From the NCBI GenBank assembly GCA_028336245.1, contig JAOKTT010000004.1, forward strand, positions 962 to 64,961: DNA of 64,000 bases, read 5' to 3'. This stretch comes from Polaribacter sp. Its GTDB lineage: Bacteria; Bacteroidota; Bacteroidia; Flavobacteriales; Flavobacteriaceae. Below are positions 63,107 through 64,000 of this stretch, piece by piece; position 1 is the stretch's first letter; every line of letters starts with the position of its first letter. The translations under genes were made by a program, and so were the position numbers. The notes beneath the pieces are model-generated. The model was not told the DNA's origin. It saw nothing but the letters and a program-made list of their open reading frames with translations, and ran no database searches.

Positions 63107-63643
63107 TTATACTTCTAAATGAATCATCGCAAAAACAGCGTAGTTGATCATGTCTTGATAATTTGCATCGATCCCTTCAGAAACCATGGTCTTCCCTTTA
63201 TTGTCTTCAATAGACTTCACTCTTAATAATTTCTGAAGTATAAGATCTGTCAAACTAGAAACACGCATCTCTCTCCATACTTCCCCATAGTCGTGATTTT
63301 TATTGGTCATTAATTCTTTGGTAATTTTACTATGCTTATCATACAAAATAGTTGCTTCTGCTGTATTCAAGTCAGGAGTTTCTACAATACCACTTTCTAA
63401 TTGAATTAAAGCCATAATCGAGTAGTTGATAATTCCAATAAACTCAGATTTCTCACCCTCATCCACTTTACGCACCTCATTTTCTTGCAATTGCCGTATC
63501 CTTTGTGCTTTGATAAAAATTTGATCGGTTAGCGATGGTAACCGTAAAATTCTCCACGCCGATCCATAATCAAACATTTTTTTTATAAACAAACTTCTAC
63601 ATTCATCGATAACAGCATCGTATTGTTTTGAGGTATCTTGCAT
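63107..63643 (-). CDS. DUF1599 family protein
   Basis: Duplicated K..DYG..WR...SLTD.I..K..R motif. Confidence 0.82.
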   Translation of the reverse strand: MQDTSKQYDAVIDECRSLFIKKMFDYGSAWRILRLPSLTDQIFIKAQRIRQLQENEVRKVDEGEKSEFIGIINYSIMALIQLESGIVETPDLNTAEATILYDKHSKITKELMTNKNHDYGEVWREMRVSSLTDLILQKLLRVKSIEDNKGKTMVSEGIDANYQDMINYAVFAMIHLEV

Positions 63644-63732
63644 TTTCTCTTGTTAAAAAGTATTTCACCAAAAATACTAAATCCTGTATGCTTTTCTTTT
63701 ATTTTTACAAAAGAATTTTAAAACCTATTAGA

Positions 63733-64000
63733 TTGAAAAGAATTGTTGTTTTCTGCGGAGCTAGTTTAGGTTTCAACCCTATTTACAAAGAAGCTGCTAC
63801 AACGCTAGGAAATTATTTTGTTAGCCATCAAATCGGTTTGGTTTATGGTGGTGCTAAAATAGGAATGATGGGTATTATTGCAGATACCATTCTGGCAAAG
63901 CAAGGAGAAGTTATTGGTGTAATTCCAACCTTATTAGAAAAAGAAGAAGTACTACATCCTGGTGTTGAAGAAATGATCATTTGTAAAAAAATGAGTGATC
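63733..64000 (+). CDS. LOG family (TIGR00730-like) nucleotide phosphoribohydrolase, 3' truncated by window edge
   Basis: TTG 63733: MKRIVVFCGASLG...LVYGGAKIGMMG...VIGVIP; frame open to window end. Confidence 0.88.
   Translation, partial: MKRIVVFCGASLGFNPIYKEAATTLGNYFVSHQIGLVYGGAKIGMMGIIADTILAKQGEVIGVIPTLLEKEEVLHPGVEEMIICKKMSD

Overview
AT-rich chromosomal segment from a Flavobacteriaceae (Polaribacter/Tenacibaculum-like) genome. The assignment rests on gene content and order, a T9SS C-terminal sorting domain and many TAnnTTTG -7 promoter boxes. The window is mostly housekeeping: GH3-like protein, ispB, rlmN, queA, aroA, mevalonate genes, a DPP4 + two POT transporter operon, comEC, lpxB, surE, a C-terminal processing protease, manA, tRNA-Leu(TAG), an M20 dipeptidase, the dcw cluster (mraZ to ftsZ), engB, ade, hemW, ruvC, mnmD, ilvE and a CLC-F fluoride exporter. 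I see no CRISPR array, prophage, transposase or defence system, and I cannot demonstrate a new multi-gene system. The most unusual signals are: (1) a perfect (ACA)19 microsatellite just upstream of the C-terminal protease gene; (2) a T9SS-secreted adhesin-like gene whose signal peptide is put out of frame by a T8 homopolymer (phase variation or sequencing error); (3) a ~2.2 kb integrase-less islet at the 3' end of tRNA-Leu, bounded by a degenerate copy of the tRNA 3' end plus a displaced hairpin, carrying one secreted neck/coiled-coil/beta-repeat protein; (4) smaller items, including a CTG start for murE, a gene relic next to ruvC, an unannotated 43-aa membrane ORF and a REP-like palindrome. 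Product calls come from recognising motifs by eye; no database searches were run.
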